Assembly (NCBI RefSeq): GCF_000315625.1
Contig: NW_005434662.1
Coordinates: 829,479 to 893,478, forward strand
Source: Guillardia theta CCMP2712
Taxonomy: Eukaryota > Protista > Cryptophyta
Reading direction: 5' to 3'
Length of the DNA: 64,000 bases
The notes beneath the pieces are model-generated. The model did not search any database. It was not told the DNA's origin and saw only the letters and a list, made by a program, of their open reading frames with translations. A program made the translations under genes and the position numbers. Shown here in pieces: positions 62,076-64,000 of the stretch; the first letter of the stretch is position 1; the number at the start of each line of letters is the position of its first letter.

Positions 62076-62243
62076 GGTAAAACTCTAAAACTTTGCTGGC
62101 CTTGCCTGATCCAATGTCTCCTCCTTCACTGTCTAACGCGACAGGACAGAAACCCTTCGCAAAGCTGGTTCCTCCCCCCCCCCTTGAGGCTTCAGAGCTG
62201 AGGAGAACAAGACAAGCACGCGCTCTTTACATGATTTACAAGG

Positions 62244-64000
62244 CTACCAAAACAAAGGGTACACCCTCTGCTTCGACATGTTGTTGACCAGTAGGGCCAA
62301 CGTCGTCATGATCTGCCGAACGAGTCAGAGCAGCCGCGAGGCTCAGGGAGGGCGGGCATACAAGGCAGTCAACTAAGACGGGGAAGAGGATGTAGATGTA
62401 GCCCAACTGCTTCAGCTGCTCTCCCTCGTCATTCCCGTCGCAGTCAAGCTCTGCTTCTCTCACCCGAGCTCCTCCACTCACAAAGATGGTACAGCAAGCA
62501 GTTGCCGGAGGATGCATCAGCCCTGACACGCCATATCAGTTGCAACCTCACGCGTCGTCAACGCACCTGTGTACGTCATGACCATGATCGACACAGTGGG
62601 TGCTAGCGCGTTCATGACGTACTACCAGCAAAAGAGTCAGAGCAGCGAGGACGGGAAGTCTTGCCTGTGGCATGAAGTCTGGCTTGTTGGAGTCCATGAA
62701 GACTGCGATGCCTGCTGAGAGCATGTGGCCACCTAAGACCTGGAAGCATCAAGTCAGTTGTAAACCCTCCCCTGCCATCCTCATCTGCCTCACATTCCTC
62801 GGCTGTCCGAAGGGAGAGGTTGGGGTCGAGAACAAGATCAGAGCAACAGCGGAGAAGGAGGTCACAAGCGCGTAGAGCGGGTACTCATTGTGCATGTAGA
62901 AACCAACGCGGTAGTCGAGGTACGTCATCGACACGATCGCTAAGAAGCTTCCCAGGAATGTCCACATGCAGTAGTTGCGATCCGTCTTGGCAGGCGGCGC
63001 TCCCCCAGTTCCCTTGAACTTCCCCAAGTACGCGGTGAATTGCGATGCAAACTTCCCCTTGGCCCATTCAGCCTCTACTGCCGTCAGCGTCCTGCTCCGG
63101 CTTTCGAGCTGCTGCTTCATATTCATGAAAGCTGCCGTGACTTGCGCTCCCTGCCGTCGCAGGAAGAGCGTGTACCTCGAATCTGTGAAGCTGTACATGT
63201 TGAAGTCTTCGTCCGCCTCTTCCTCGTCTCTCTGAAGATCAGACCCCGTTTCCTCCATCAGAGCCTCTGCCCACGCATGCTGCGCGTTCTTCCACTGAGG
63301 GAGGAGGTCGTGGTAGTCAACAGCCTTGGGGGCGACCAAGCAGGCATGGTCGAGCAGCCGCTTGAGGTTCTCGTTCTTCGTGGGGTCGAGCATGGCCGGC
63401 ATCGCCTCCTGCGATTCGCCGCGGTGGCGGTAGAAGACCATGACGGCCATGACCTTGGAGAGGTGAGGATGCCGCACAGGCACAGCCACCGACGCGTCGA
63501 ACATCTTCATCATCACTTCGCTCCTGCCGTCCGCCTGCAGCTGCTCGTCCAACACCTCATAAGCCGACAGATTCTGCCAGTTAGTGTCCCCTCGTGCCCA
63601 CGCCAACCCGGGGATGCCCTGGCCCTTGACGTAGCGGACGTCTTGAGCGATCTTGAGGAAAGAGTCCAGCACTCCCTGAATGTTGCGAGCCTCAGCAAAC
63701 TTGACGGGGTTGATGTAGTACTGCCCCGAGTAGCGCATCACGAACTCCCACTGCACTCTGATCCCTTCCTGTTCAGGCACGATCCGTCGAGGGCGAATCC
63801 AAACCTCTCCGAAAGCAAACCCCGCGCTATCACAAACATCCTTCAGCAGCGCCTTCAGCGGCCCTGCATACTCTGCCTCCTCGCGTTCGGCCTCCTCCTC
63901 GAGGTTTCGTGGAGAGGTTCGCTTCAGAGCCTTGGGACTTCCTGCCCTGATCTCTTGCACGATGCGATGAGTCGCCTGCTTCAGCTTGGCTGATGCCTTC
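62244..64000 (-). CDS. GAF (NIN-like-protein type) + HPP-family membrane protein fusion; 5' end beyond window
   Basis: GAF: FGEVWI..VKGQGIPGLAW..ASVAVPV..VMAVMVFY. HPP: WTFLGSFLAI..SFSAVALILFSTPTSPFGQPRNVLGGH..ALAPTVSIMVM..LMHPPATA..GYIYILFPV..ALLVNN..RVYPLFW-stop(62244). The frame stays open to position 64000. Confidence 0.85.

Noticed and set aside
63040-63993. 317-aa plus-strand ORF
   Set aside because: Antisense shadow of the GC3-rich GAF-HPP exon.

Overview
Gene-dense eukaryotic nuclear DNA with very short (about 35-60 bp) spliceosomal introns, moderate-to-high GC and many purine/pyrimidine microsatellites. The style suggests a cryptophyte alga such as Guillardia; this is inference, not determined. 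1-38.8 kb and 42.7-47.3 kb hold host genes: PACS-family sorting protein, His-deficient Cu/Zn-SOD-like protein, EsV-1-7 repeat protein, purple acid phosphatase, SAM/C2/ARM protein, OTU1/YOD1, hSac2-like protein, PEX22-domain protein, BTB-BACK protein, GT23 fucosyltransferase, COPE, EIF1AD, SLC25 carrier and a RAD5/16-like SNF2-RING helicase. 39-41.3 kb and 47.5-62.1 kb are accessory. They contain a scrambled cluster of a CRE-clade non-LTR retrotransposon (RT plus restriction-like endonuclease), repeatedly hit by 22-60 bp micro-insertions of its own 3' terminus, mixed with a Gypsy protease relic, a tyrosine-kinase pseudogene and intronless virus-like gene fragments. The window ends in a gene fusing an NLP-like GAF domain to an HPP (nitrite-transporter family) domain. 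Exon boundaries were read by eye and are approximate. Two N gaps (49087-49235, 51837-52629) lie inside the retroelement cluster.
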